This document shows, piece by piece, positions 27,030-40,330 of a DNA stretch of 64,000 nucleotides. This stretch comes from Camelus dromedarius. Lineage: Eukaryota. Positions within the stretch are counted from its first letter, which is position 1. Each line of letters opens with the position of its first letter. Position numbers and translations under genes: made by a program. Location of the stretch: contig NC_087436.1 in NCBI RefSeq assembly GCF_036321535.1, positions 30,692,001 through 30,756,000 on the forward strand, read 5' to 3'. The notes under the pieces were generated by a model, which was not told where the DNA came from, did not search any database, and was given only the letters and a program-made list of their open reading frames with translations.

Positions 27030-27610
27030 TATAAGGAAACTTAACACATCCTTTAATCCAATCATCCACTGAAATCCCTTGACAAAACCTGACAAGTCAT
27101 TCTTCTATGTTTAAGTAACTAAAACGAAGTAGTTTTTCCTCTTTTGAAGAGAGGCTTTTCCCAAATTTTAAAATATCCTTCTTACACTGATCCAAAAAGG
27201 TGAGTTCTTAAAGCTTCTACTCACTGAACTATTTATATCTCTGGCTCATGCAAATGTGGACTAATGCCTTCTCCACATGACGTCTTTCAAGCAACTGAAA
27301 GCAGTTATTAGGTACTTCATAATTAGGGTTGCCATATAATACCTTGCCAAAACTGAGACACTTTTGTGAGCAGAAGAGTAATATTAAAAATTATGTTAGG
27401 ATAAAAGGTATAAATCTGTACTGTACTAGGAAAACTGGGATGAACATTCACTTTCCATGATGCTTTCTCCCCATTGGGTAAAATATTCACAGTACCTTCA
27501 ATTCTTCTTTTCATGATACAGGACTGTTTCCATTTTAATGCAGCTTTCCTAATTTACTTGAATTTCCATTTTAGTTTAGAGTCCCCCAGAGCTGAATTCA
27601 AGAGTCCAAA
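27030..27610 (-). mobile_element. L3/CR1 LINE relic, interrupted by MER94
   Basis: ccttctccacatgacgtctttcaagcaactgaaagcagttatt and cccagagctgaa resemble antisense L3. Strand and boundaries uncertain. Confidence 0.45.
27324..27452 (+). mobile_element. MER94-like hAT MITE
   Basis: tagggttgccatataat...caaaactgagacacttttg...aattatgttaggataaaaggtataaat...aaactgggatg follows the recalled MER94 consensus with CpG decay. Confidence 0.7.
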
Positions 27611-28654
27611 GGAAAACATGTACATTCAAAAGCTCTGCAGAAGAGTTTATCAAAGCAGCTCTTTGTAGACAGAACAGTCACATAATCACAGCATTCTGCA
27701 GCACATTATTTTTTTCTGTTTCAGTATATTCTGAATACTCAGCTGTATGCTGTATGAATGTAATTGAAACTTTCAAGAGAATATAAGGCTTACATTTTGT
27801 CACCACACTGAGTGAAAGAACTAGGAACTATGAGTATAAAAACACAAAATTGATTAAAGTACAAAGGTTAAACAGGGAAAAATGAATATATGAATGAAAT
27901 GGCTAAGGAAGCCAGGGCAGTATCTATTTTTAAACCCTCTATTAAGAAGCTAGGGATTTAGGTTGAACATCAACATAACTTTTCAAAGAAACAAACAAAA
28001 AAATACATGCATATATACTTGTACTTTATGTTCTTACCACTAGTTCAAATGTATAAAGTGGTGTATTAGTGCTGTTATTATCGGTAAATTCAATTTATGC
28101 ATTTTTCCTAAGAGAACCTTTGAGGGTCATCACAGCCTTTAGTGTTTGTTAATTGTAACTGATGTTTTAATTTCTTCAGATTAAAAATTGCAAAAATTCT
28201 AATTATATAAAATACTCTTAGATTATTGAGCTGCGTTTTGCAAGAGGCAAAATTAGGAATCAAGGTAAACCAAATCGTGTTCTTTCTCTCTCTCATGAAA
28301 GAGCGAATTAACTTTACATCTTTTCTATGATACATACATTTTATGCTAATCTGTAAGCATGCCATGTTCCTTGTTGAAATCAGGAAAATAAATTCCACAA
28401 CTAGTTTGGGTTAATCCCTATCAGGGAATTCATGGAACACAGGAAATCATTAATGATTATAATCTATAGTTTACTATAGGAATTATCCTTAATGAGGTAA
28501 TTTTTTAAGTATTTCTAATGTAATTGTGTAAATCATAGGAAAACACAACATTCTGTCACCTTCTAGGAATAGACTCTATAGAAAAGTGTTAAGAATAAAT
28601 ATTTGAATTCCAAGACACTTTTTAAATATAGTGCTTTGACTCTCCAACTTGCTT

Positions 28655-31600
28655 TTAATTTTTTTTAATTCAAATTTTTATTGAGGTCATTGTAGATTCA
28701 CATGTAGTTATAAGAAATAACACAGAGACATTCCATGTACACTTTACCCAGCTTCATCTAGTGGTAAAATTTTGCAGTACCTGTGGAATATCACTAATAT
28801 TATATTGACATTGATACAATCCACAAATTTATTCAGAGTTCTCCAGTTTTACTTATACTTGTGTATGTATGTTGTTTAGTTCCATACAATTTTTTCACAT
28901 GTGAAAGTTCTTGCATCTATCACCACAGTCAAGATATTGAACAGTTTCATCACTACAAGAGACCTCGTGTTGCACCCACCTCCCTCCTGCCACTATACAA
29001 CTCACACTAAACCCCTGGCAACCATTATTCTTTTATTTATACAATTTTACCATTTCAAAAACATGCAAAAGGAATGATATGGTATACTGTTGGGGTCAAC
29101 TCTGTTCACTTAGAATAACTGCCTGAATATGCTACAAGTTGCTGCATGTATCAAAAGCTCATTCTTTTTTACTGCTGTGCAGTGTTCCACAGCATGTATA
29201 TCCCACAGCTTGTTTAAACATTCACCTGTTAAAAAACATCTGGCTTGATTTCCATTTCTGGTTTTCACAAAATAAAACAAATATTACAAATAATGCTGTT
29301 AATATTCATGTACAGGTTTCTGAGTGAACTTAAGCTTTCATTTTCTCGGACAAATGATCAAAAGTGCAATTGCTGTGCCATATGCTCATTGCCTGTTTAC
29401 TTTTATACAAAAATGTCAAATTATTTTCTAGAGTGGCTATCCCATTTTACATTCTCACCAGCAATGCATGAGTGATTCAGCTTCTCCAAATCCTTGCCAG
29501 CATTTAATACTGTCATTATTAATTATTTTAGCTATTCACTAGGTATGTAGTGTTATTTCATTGTGGTCTTCATTTGCATTTTCCTGCTGCCTAATGATAC
29601 TGAACATATTTTCATGAGCTTATTTGACATCTGTAGATCCTCTTCAGTGAAATGTTCATGGCTCTTTTGCCCATTTTCTAATTGGATTTTGTTTTTGTTG
29701 ACTTTTGACAATTCTTTATATATCCTAAGTACTAGCTTTTTGGGGTTTTTTTGTTTTTTTTTTTGGTTAGATCTGAGGTTTACAAATATTTTTTTTCTCA
29801 TCAGTAGCTTACATTTTCATAATTTTCATTTCCTTCACATGGGCTTTTGCAGACTATAATTTTTAAAATTTTGATAAGATCTAATAAATCATTTTTTCCT
29901 TTTATACATTGTGCTTTTGGTGTCAAGTCTAAGCTAACTAACTATGCCTAACCCTGGTTCCAGAAGATTTTCTGTTTTGTTTTTTTTTTTCCCCAAGAAT
30001 CTTATAGTCTACATTTTAAATTTAAGTCTGTAATCCATCTTGAGTTAATTTTTGTACAAGATGTAGATTTAGGTCAAGGTTCTTTTTTTTTTTTTTCCAA
30101 TCTCCAGTTGTTTCAGCATCATTTGTTGAAAATACTATTCTTCCTCCACTGAACTGTTTTTGCACCTCTGTCAAAAATTAGTTGAGCACATTTGTGTAAG
30201 TCTGTATGTCTACTTCTAGGTTCTTTGTTTTATTCCATTGATCTACATATCTAACCCTTAGCCAATAACACATTTATACCATACTGCCTTGATTACTGTA
30301 GCTAAATAGTGAGACTTAAAGTTCGGTAGAGTAATTCCTCCCAATTAATCCTCCTTTGTCAAGATTATGTTAGCTATTCAAAAATGTGTACCTTCCCATA
30401 CAAATTTAGAGTGTGCTTATCTATGTCTACAAATATACTTGCTGGAATTTTGATAGGAATGGCATTAAACCTATGGATCAATTTGGGGAGAATTCACATT
30501 TTTACTATGTCAAATCTTCCAATCCATAAGCATGGCATATTTCTCCATTTTTTGGTCTTGTTTTCTTCTCTTTTTTAAATTTGCAACTTTCAGCATACAG
30601 ATGGTGTACATCTTATGGTAAGTGTATACCTGAGTATTTCATTTGCTTTGAAGCCACTTTAAAAGGTATTGTGCTTCTGGTTTTTCTATATTCATTTTTA
30701 GTATATAGCAACAATTTTGATTTGTGTGTTGATTACTTATCCTGTGATGTTCCTGAGCTCACTTATTATATAGGAATATTTCTATAGATTTCTTGGGATT
30801 TTCTATGTAGATAATCATGCCATCTGAAAATTGTGGGTTTTATTACTTCCTTTTCCATCTGCATGTCCCTTACTTCTTTTTCTTGACTATTGCAGTGGCT
30901 GGAACTTCAAGTATTATGTCAAATAAGAGTAGTGAGAGCTTGCCTTGTTCATGATCAGAGGTGGTGAAAATTCAGTTTTAACCATTAAGTATAAAGTTAG
31001 CTTTAAGGTTTCTGTAGTTGATCTGTATCATGCTTAGTTGTTTATCTTTCTTTTAACTTGCTAGAGGCTTTTGTTAAAAATAAGTATTGAAAATTTTCAA
31101 GTGTTTTTTCTGTGTCAACTGGTACGATCATGTATTTTTTTTCTTTAGCTTGTTGATATTACTGATTATACTGATTGATTTTTTTCAAATTTTTTTCAAC
31201 ATTTTTCAAATGTTGAACCAGACTTAAATATCTAGAATAAGTTTTATTGTTTGATTTGGTTTGCTAATATCTTGTTGAGCATTTACATATCTAAGTTAAT
31301 AGACATATTGGTCTGTCTGGTTTTAGAAATAAAGTAGTACTGCTTTCATAAAACAATATAGGGAGACTTTCTTATTCATATTTTCTTAAATGTTTGATAG
31401 AATTCTTGAGTGCACTGATTCTATCCTCAATCATTTATTCTCCATTACTGAGCCCATTCAGCACGTTTTTCTTCTGTTGTTTGTTTTTTTAAATTCTATA
31501 CTTTCCATTTGATTCTTCTTTATTACTTCTACTTATTTGCTGAGATTTTCTCTTTTTTATTTATTCCAAGTGAATTTATAATTTACTGTTTAAGTACTTC

Positions 31601-32650
31601 TATAATGGTTAATAAAATTCTTCCCAAATACTTTCATATATTTCATCTTTGTATTATCATCTTTTCTTATTCAAGCTGTGACTTTCTCGGTTCTTGATAG
31701 GATAGGTAATTAATTTTTAATTGTAGACACTTTGTCTATCATTTTAGAAGTCTCTAGTTTCTATTAAACTATTTTTTTAGTAGGTGTCTTAGTCTGTTCA
31801 GTCTGCTATAACAGAATACCATGGACTTGGTGATCTATAAACAGCAGAAATTATCTCACACTTCTGGACGCTGAGACCACCAAGATTAAAGGGCTAGAAG
31901 ATTTGCTATTGGGTGATGGCCCACTTCATGGTTCATAAACGGATATATTGTCACTGTGTCCTAACATGGCATAAAGGCAAGGGAGCATTCTGGGGTCCCT
32001 CTCATATGGGCACTAATCCCATTCATGGGGGCTCCACTCTCTTAACCTAATCACCTCCCAAAGTCCCCACTGTCATATAACATCACATTAAATGACAGGA
32101 CTTAACATAAACATTTTGGAAGGACACATATATACAGTCTATACCAGTAGGTGATCATCCCATTTGGGTTTAGCACACAGATACTCACCTACTTGTACAG
32201 GCTGTGTGAGCTGTGGGTCCAATGTCCACTAAATTTTCAGAGCCTTTGAGGTATTATTTGGATCTTCTGGGCTTATCTGGTGCAACTAGGGTCTCACTGG
32301 TCTCTGCTGGTGCTTCCTATGGTGATGAAAGATGTTTCCCCTGGGCTTCTGAGTATCTTGATGTGGAAACATATCATCAATTTGTCTTCATGAGCATGTA
32401 CTGAAATCCCCCTACTAATGCTCCCTAGCTGCTCCAGTTTCTCTGGAAAGAGGATTTCAGGCCCATGGGATGAGAAACTTCCTGAACCAGACTGTTTCCT
32501 GTTAGTAAAACCCTTTGCTGGTTCTTCCTTCCTGCTTCAATGTCTCTGGGTGGGTGAGGGGAGTCTTGGGCTGAGGGTTCAAAAAGGCTTCCTGGGCTAG
32601 GCCACTTGCTGTGAGGAGGTACCATTTATTGGTTCTGCCCCTCTACTCCG
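28655..32650 (-). mobile_element. Old L1 (L1MC-like): 3' UTR, ORF2 C-terminal part, ORF1/5' remnants, internally deleted
   Basis: T-rich tail at ~28655. ORF 29553..29801(-) LVLRIYKEL...HFTEEDLQMSNKLMKICSVSL..RKMQMKTTM matches the L1 ORF2p C-terminal region. Antisense ORF2 signature runs to ~31400; a GC-richer 5'-type segment lies at 32152-32650. Confidence 0.88.
31785..32146 (-). mobile_element. Complete MaLR solo LTR (MLT1A0-like) inserted in the L1
   Basis: TG...CA termini (tgtcttagtc ... tatacca), gggcactaatcccattcatg and cctaatcacctcccaaag motifs; perfect 5-bp TSD gtagg (31780-31784, 32147-32151). Confidence 0.92.
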
Positions 32651-33589
32651 TTTGATTTCCTTTTTAGGGTTCCAATATTCATATAGCGATAGCAACTATA
32701 ACACAAGACTTTAAAGTATTAATGAGTTCATTTATTTAACAAATATATTTTTAATATCTTCTGAGTGCTAAGATTTATGTTGAGAACATCACATTGTCAA
32801 AAGATTTCATGACACAGAAATTTTGTTATTTTGCAAAGAAGTATTTCTTGAAACACATTTATAATTTTTCTATTTTTGTTATATTGTACACTGCATATGA
32901 CATAAATCCTTCATATTAACTATAACAGATGAGACAGAAAATGTGCACTTCTAATCACATTAATGGAGCTGTCCAAGGATGTAATAGTGTAAGTATTATA
33001 AAGTAAAGGTACAGAAAATTCAAGCAATATGAAATAACAATATACCTTACTTCAGTCATATAACTCTCTTTTATGATGTAAAAATCACTATTTTATTTTT
33101 AACTCACTAAGTACCCACAGATTCAATCATCACTCCCTCCATAAAAAAAGAAACTAATAAGCAGTCTTTTAAAACTTTAAAACATTTCTTGTATATGCTG
33201 CCAAAGTTTAAAAAAGTCATAGAGATTCAGAAGGTGGGGTTGTAAGTTGTATTTTTATTCATAGGTCCTGTGTGAAGTGTGTGTGTATGTGTGTGTGTGT
33301 TTAATTAAGACACATAAATTAGTGTGCATCTGCATATTACTGTAGCCAGATGAATGTTTCAGCAGTACACTTGGCCATCTTCATACTTTGCTGTGAGATT
33401 CTGCCTAGGAATACAAGAGTCACTATGGCAAATAGTAAATGAGCAGTGGTGAGTGTGAGTGATTCTAGGGGGGTCACTTAGCAAAATCTTGAAAAAAGAA
33501 CAAAAAGGCACCAGAGGAAAGGGAGATACACTCAATAGATATTGGCTAAATAAATGAAGGAGTCTCAAACAGACAGCAGTTACGGAGCT

Positions 33590-33780
33590 AAATCTTCTTA
33601 AGTTTATTTCTTCTATCCTTCACCCCCAAACCTACAAAATAAATATTTTTATACCCATTTGATGGATGATGAAACTACCATTTGAAAGGAAAGACCACAC
33701 CATCACATAGCTAACAAGGGGAAGAACCAGGAATTAACCCAAAACTCCACTTCTCAAACTCATGAAATCTCTATTCTACA
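33590..33780 (-). mobile_element. MIR SINE
   Basis: cccatttgatggatgatgaaact...catcacatagctaacaaggggaagaaccaggaattaaccc. Confidence 0.65.
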
Positions 33781-34392
33781 ATGATATAAAAATTCACAAT
33801 AAAAAAAGTCGTAGGAGCCAAACAGATTCTGAGGGTTTTTTTACTTATGCTCTTGATTTGTGATGCCAGCACATTTTTCATACATTTGTGGTCTTATAAG
33901 GTACCAGACTGCCCACAACTCTGTAATACACATTTCATTGCTATAAAGCAATGTTTGTATTGTGTCTGTGTTCTAATTTCCTGGTTCTTTATCTCTGACA
34001 AAAATTTTAATATGTGCTAATAATTTCCACGAGGGGTTTTGAACAATACTCCTCTCTCAGATAAGCATCCACTAATTTACATGCCATGAAACCCCCTGCT
34101 TTTCTCTCAAGCCTTTCTCCTAATTTCAGGAGGACAATCACAATCCCATTCAACTAGCATGCTGGTGCTGAGCAGGGGAGCAGTATTTGTTTATAACATT
34201 ACTTATCTCGTAGAATTTGGGGAAAACTCGTCTCAGAGAACTAGTTAATGCTTATCTCACAGAAAGCACTCTCATAACAGATGTCAGAAGAAGTGGATGG
34301 TGGTGGTGGTATCAAAAACAGGAGGAGTAATATTACTGGGGCAGTAGCAACCTCTGCTGCCGCAATTACCTAAAATCTGAGGAAGGCTGATG

Positions 34393-34790
34393 ATTAGTCA
34401 GGGTAAGTTAGGTTATGCTACAGAAACACAAAATGTAAGAACACCAACGGCTAAATCAAGCAAAGATTTATTCTTCATTCATATGATATTTTTAATAGAG
34501 GTGCATGGGGTAGAAAGACAGAGATCCTTATCATAGTAATCAGAGACTAAGGACCACAAAGCCTTCCTCTAAGTGAGTATTTTTTTTGACGGCAGGAGAT
34601 GGGGGAAAATATATGAAGAGTTAACTTGTCAGCTTTTAAAACTTCCACCAGGACATGAGACATAGCATATCTGTTCACATTTCATTGTTCATAATAGGGT
34701 ACCTGGCAATGCCTAACTTCACAATGAATGGGAAGTGAAACACTACTTTGTGGACAGAAGGAGAAGAAGTATACGTGTGCACAGCCCTGA
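34393..34790 (-). mobile_element. Ancient MaLR LTR (MLT1K/L/N-like)
   Basis: ttagtcagggtaagttaggttatgctacag start; ctgttcacatttcattg...tggcaatgcctaacttc...gggaagtg. Confidence 0.65.
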
Positions 34791-35309
34791 TCGTGGAATA
34801 GTTGGCAGTGTCCACAACTGTTTCATTGGTCCCATCTTCAAAACTTCTTTCACTCGCAGAACCATCAGTTTATAACCTTGCAAATTTGTATGAATTTGCT
34901 ACAACATCTTAGAAACAATTAACAAGATATTCACCCCCTCTGCCATATGCCAAAGTAAGAGAATAATTACATATTAGCACTAGAGCAAATAATAGGTTAC
35001 ATTCCACTGCAGGTTTCAATGACGTATTATCATTGCAAACTTTTGGACCTTCAATTTTTCATGTTACCATATATTTCTCATGTGAATATGTCTTAGAATT
35101 TTATAAAGAAAGATGACACAAACCCTATGCTGAAGAAGTTATAATCTATTAAGGAAAAAAGACTAGGACAGAAATAATATAATAAAAGGTTGAATATTGG
35201 AATCAAGGGAAAACTAAAGTTGGATGACACCTGGGACACAGGAAGAATGATCAAGTTGGTGATATTGGAAAGCACTGTTCATAAGGGGCTTGATGGATAA
35301 GTAGGATCT

Positions 35310-35560
35310 AGATGGATAATAACTGCTAAACTGTCGGTATGCTTATTGTGTGCTAGGAGCTGCTTTGTGTGATTTACTTATATTATCTTACTTATTCCTC
35401 ACTATAACTTTCATATTATAATTTATGGACGAAGATACTGAGACTCAGACAGATTCTGACACCCCACACAGTTAAGTAACAGAGCTAGGATTCAAACTCA
35501 GGGAATCTCACTCTAGGACCACTATATTCCATTCCTCCCACCCTGTTGAAATGATACCTG
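35310..35560 (-). mobile_element. MIR SINE
   Basis: gatactgagactcaga...cacacagttaagtaacagagctaggattcaaactcagg. Confidence 0.75.
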
Positions 35561-37296
35561 AAAAAATTAGAGAGAAAAGAAGTACAAACGGGAAATGTGT
35601 AGCTATGTTCTGGGAGCAACACTAGGGCCAGTTTGATGGTATATAAGGCATTTTGTAAGGGGAGGTGAGCAAATGGACTTAAAATAAAAATTTGGGTCAT
35701 ACTGATAAAATAATACCTTATCAAAGTCATTGGAACAGGAGAAAAGAATAACAAGTAATGTTTTTGAGGAATTTGAATTTTTTTTAATTGGTAAAAGGAG
35801 TCTCATATGACTTGTTTATGAAATTTATAATATTTATAATCTGATTCCTAAGTTAAGTATCTCTTCATACTCTATCCTGATCACTCTAAATTCTGCCTGA
35901 AATCACAAAAAATATTGAAATATAGTATATTTACATGAGAAAAAAAGTTTTAGGTGACTGTTCAAATTTCTAAAATGGTATACATTACAGACATCATGGT
36001 AAACTTCCACAGAGATATATATGTCAACATTTCACTTTAAATAGAGTATCTCGTATTTTTGCATAAAGCGTTCTAATGATGTTGTTTCCAGGGATAATTA
36101 GACCTTTTGTTTAGCTTAATGTTTTTTCAATTTGAGAGAAAAACATTTAACCTTGCTCTATTTTCCATCTCAGTAATATCCGACAGACGGTGTAGAGATC
36201 ATGAATGTGGCACTTTTCATATGTATGAAAAGGGTTTGGCTTTATCCCATGTCTTTTTGTGCCAACCAAACATTTCAGGAATCAAACTCCCAAATAAACC
36301 ATTAAGGCCATATGCCTAATTAAATACAACTGGTCTCCTACTATCTTATCCTTATTTTAAAAGAATGTTGGCTTGGGTGTATGTATCGGTAGAACTAACT
36401 TGCCTATTAGGGTTTTAACATTAATTTGAGCTAGGACTTCAAAAGACTTTACTTGTCCTTAACTTTATGTCTATGGTACTAATGATATAAAACATACCTA
36501 TAAAATAGAGGCTAATTATTCAAGGAATAAATTTATGTCTACCTTACCTTAGTTAAGTAACTACTATACTGCCTATTTGCTTTGAATTTCAAGGAAAATT
36601 ATTTTTCTTAATGGAGTAGCCGTATGTTTAATTTATACATATGCAAATTTACTATGTATATCACTATTCATTCCATAAAAGAAAGGACATTTTAACAAAA
36701 AAGTGTTAAATAACCAGTCGCACAATTAGTAGCAAGAAATTTATACTGAATAAATTTTGTTGTGCAATGTTGTTCTTTTTTTTTTTTTTTTTCGTTCTTT
36801 CTTTTGCTACTGATTTCTAAAGTGTAGTTTTAGTGCCAGTCCTGAGACAAGAATTTGGAACCTTTCGTCCTATGTGTTCTATGGTTGAAATGAATTACCA
36901 AAAAAACTTTATGTACAAATTTCCAGATAATTGATATGATTAATGTTGAACAAAAGGGCTTATAATGAATTAACTCAAATAACCTAAGGATGATTATAAA
37001 ACAAACAAATGATTTCATATAAAGGAAGAAACATCTTCATTTTCGATTTGTTCACTACTGAACACTCAGTTTCTACTAAAATACTTGACATAAAGGTGTT
37101 CTAGAATGAAAAGCTGAATAAGTAAACAAAGTAAGTTCTGACAGAATGATGGATACTCTTCTCTATTAAAATGTTCTTAATGCTACCATGATATAGTAAA
37201 AGACTGGTGCTCTTAAATATTCTAACCTCTTCTTAAGAAGAAACAAATAACTAGACATAAACCTATAACTGACTAAACATTTCATAGGTTTATAAA

Positions 37297-37664
37297 TGTT
37301 AAAATTATTAAAAATGATTAAAGAAAACAATTTAGGTATACAAGCTTCATTTAACACTTTATGAAGTGGACACTCTCCATTCAGAGAACTGCAAAATGCA
37401 GCAGAAGATAGACAGCTTTTATAGGATTAAGAATAAAGGACAAGGAAAAGAAAAATAGAAGATATCTGATTGGCTGGGGCTACACAGTCAACTCTGGGGT
37501 GAGAAGGCGCAGAGCTGGCTTGGTGTTTATGACTGGCTGACTGGATACACCTTCTGGTCAAACATGACATTTACAGGGACATGAAAGTTACCTCAGTTTC
37601 GGATGGCTGACATGGCACTTGGGCAGAAGCAGCTTCATTTTGAGCCTAGAAAGCTATTTCAACA
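37297..37664 (-). mobile_element. ERV1-type solo LTR (short)
   Basis: tgttaaaat ... atttcaaca termini; minus-strand TATA (tttatagg on +) and CCAAT (gattggct on +). No clean TSD found. Confidence 0.6.
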
Positions 37665-38716
37665 ATTATTTGTTAAAATATCAACTACTTAAAATATTTA
37701 TTACTTGACTGATTTAACTGATACTTATTTGGGGATAGTTACATCATTGTACATAAGGGTTGATGGAATTTAAGGGAAAAGGCTCTAAATCATTGATGAC
37801 CAATATAAAACACACAAAAAAGAAAAAAATTAAGTGATTCTAAACTATTGTGTGTATGTTTCTGTATCAGCTGTAAGGTGAGAGACCTTTAAAAACAAAA
37901 CTAAAATATTTACCATAGCCTAAATGGAATTGTCACAGTTCTCAACTAACTTCTATAAAGCCGAACATTAGCATTTCAAAATGAGAACGTTACTTGATTG
38001 AGTGAAAGGTTGAGAAAATCAGATGAAATGGAAGATTCCCGAGTAGAATACCAAAATACAGATCTAGATTTGAAGAAGGGAAACAGTATGCATTACTGGT
38101 GAATAAAAGGAAATGAGAACAAGGCATTATACACAAAACCCCACAAAAGAATTTTGAGAATAAGCAAAATACAAATCATTTAAATAGTTTAATGCTGTTT
38201 TCTCTCTCTTTTGGAGGAATACTGAAGTATTATCAATGAATTTAGATTCCAAAAGAGATGTGAATTCAAAGTTTTTATTTTTTAGTTGAACTTCATATAA
38301 CCTCTGAAACATGATTACCTTTATCACTCATTGGAGAAGTCTTTAGAGCAGGATAAAACTTCGCATTACAATGGCACTGAATTGGCTGTGCTCAGTGACA
38401 AAGCCAGAAACTCTGTGTGGGCACAGAGTGCCCTGCTGAGAAAGAGAATGTGCAGGCTTAGGAATTTGGGAAACAATACAGTTGCATTTTTGCTTGTCTT
38501 TCTATAGCTAGTAAATTTTTGAACCAAATATAGAAATAAATGATAAATTCATATCCCTGAATGTTTATTTTTAATTGCCCTATCCCTTCACTCAGTACCT
38601 TTTATGTGTAGATGCTAATTAAATGATTGGATTTTACATATAACAATGAGGAGGAGGAGGAGGACAATGACAATATGAGCAATTAAATAAATGGTTTACA
38701 TGCATTAAGCAAAATC

Positions 38717-39172
38717 TGAGAAATGGATACCTGATTGAAATATGGAGGCATTTATTTGGGTTTTTTTAGGATTGCAGCCCAGGAGACAGAGAGTCAAGAA
38801 GCACTTGAATTGTGTTCCACCAGACTACAACATGAAGGAGGTCTATAAAGGCAAAAACCACAAGGTTGCAGTTAGTTACCTGAGTTGTTTATCAAGAATT
38901 ATAACTGGAGCTAGTGAGAAGTAAGGGTGCTTGTTAAGCAAGGATTGGTTGGAGTCTGAAATGGTTGCACAGTTACAAGGAGAGAGTGAGATCGTAACGC
39001 TGCAGCTGGCAGGTGATGTTCCAAATATGGCTGGGGGTGTCCTTAGGCCTGATGCAGTTCAAAGAAAGTTCAGGTTCTCAGTGGAGTAGAGACCTATCTG
39101 AAACCAGATCCTCAATGGCCGCCTGACTCCATCTTTGTATGCCCAAATTGTGATTACTTCATTATATTTTCA
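38717..39172 (-). mobile_element. ERV1-type (MER4/MER41-group-like) solo LTR
   Basis: Minus strand starts TGAAAAT...aagatggagtcagg; minus-strand AATAAA (tttatt, ~38750) and CCAAT (gattggtt). Interrupts a MIR. Confidence 0.65.
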
Positions 39173-39179
39173 ATTTGTT

Positions 39180-39355
39180 ATCATATGTATTACCTGATTT
39201 AATTCTCAAAACAAATCTTAGGTATATTTGTTATTAGCGTTTTACAATTGATGAAACTGAGATCCAAGAATACACAAGCTAAAACCAAAATGATTCAAGT
39301 TAAGAACACAGGTTTGTCTGACTCTTAAGCATGTGCTTTCAAGCTCCACGCTAGA
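39180..39355 (-). mobile_element. MIR SINE fragment
   Basis: tttacaattgatgaaactgagatcc...aggtttgtctgactc. Confidence 0.7.
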
Positions 39356-39712
39356 TTATTTTACTATAATCCAGAATGTTTTCTTAAAAGAGGATCAGCT
39401 GTTCTTGCAGTGTTATCAAACATGTGCAGTTGAATCTTAAATGGATTTCTGATTCAGCGGTTCCTGTACCTTTTACACAGAATTGTTTTTTATTGTATGT
39501 GCAATATGGGGTCACTCATCTCATCTGAAGTCCTGTAGTTAATATAAATTTATTAACTTTATTCAGGTATACTTGATATAATAAAGTAATGGCCTATCTC
39601 TGTTTAATAATTACCTCTTAGTAATAGTAGGTTAACACTGGGTATGTGTTGACTAAGAATGAAGAACTCTTCTAGGTAACCTACATGTATTAACTTATGA
39701 ATGAAGTCCTTC

Positions 39713-40306
39713 TGTTAGGCAGTTAGATAGAAATGAGCACTGGGCAGGGGGAGAGAAAGGGGAAAGGAGCAACCCAGAAAATAATGCTATGCCTGCACTC
39801 AGGATAAGGGGCTCTAAAAGCTTTCTCTAAATGAGGGCCAGCAGAGAAGCTGGCTAGGATCCAACGCTGCATCTGTGCAATAGAGAGAAGGATTGGCTTA
39901 ACTTAACCCAATGCTCATTATAATGTAGTTAACGTTACAGTTTTAGCCCCCTCCCGTAGGTTTCTCTGTGTGCTTCATGGGTTAGAATCTGCCCCAAAAG
40001 GGATGAGCATACCTGAGCACAAGGTATCAGTCAGCCTGAGAATTCAAAAGAACCTGAGCCACAAATCAATCAATCAGTCATGAAAAACGCCCTTAAGCCA
40101 GGATATAAAAACAGGAAAAACAAAGGAGTGGCGCCATTTTTCCCCTCTTGGATTAGCCTGCTCCCAATTCTTGGGAGTGTACTATATTTTACTACCTTTT
40201 TACTTTACTAATAAAATCTTGTTTATATCACACTTTCTGTCTCTCGTTAAAAAAAATTTTTTTTCAGGTGACTAAGAACTAAGCTTATTCCCTCCTCCTG
40301 GTAACA
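39713..40306 (+). mobile_element. ERV1-class solo LTR, well preserved
   Basis: tgtta...taaca inverted termini, perfect 4-bp TSD cttc (39709-39712, 40307-40310), TATAAAA at 40104-40110 and AATAAA at 40210-40215. Confidence 0.9.
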
Positions 40307-40330
40307 CTTCCAATAACCCTTCAAGGACAA

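Noticed and set aside
33363..33449. Possible + strand exon ending at gtgagt
   Set aside because: Poor polypyrimidine tract, and the open frame resembles nothing I recognise.
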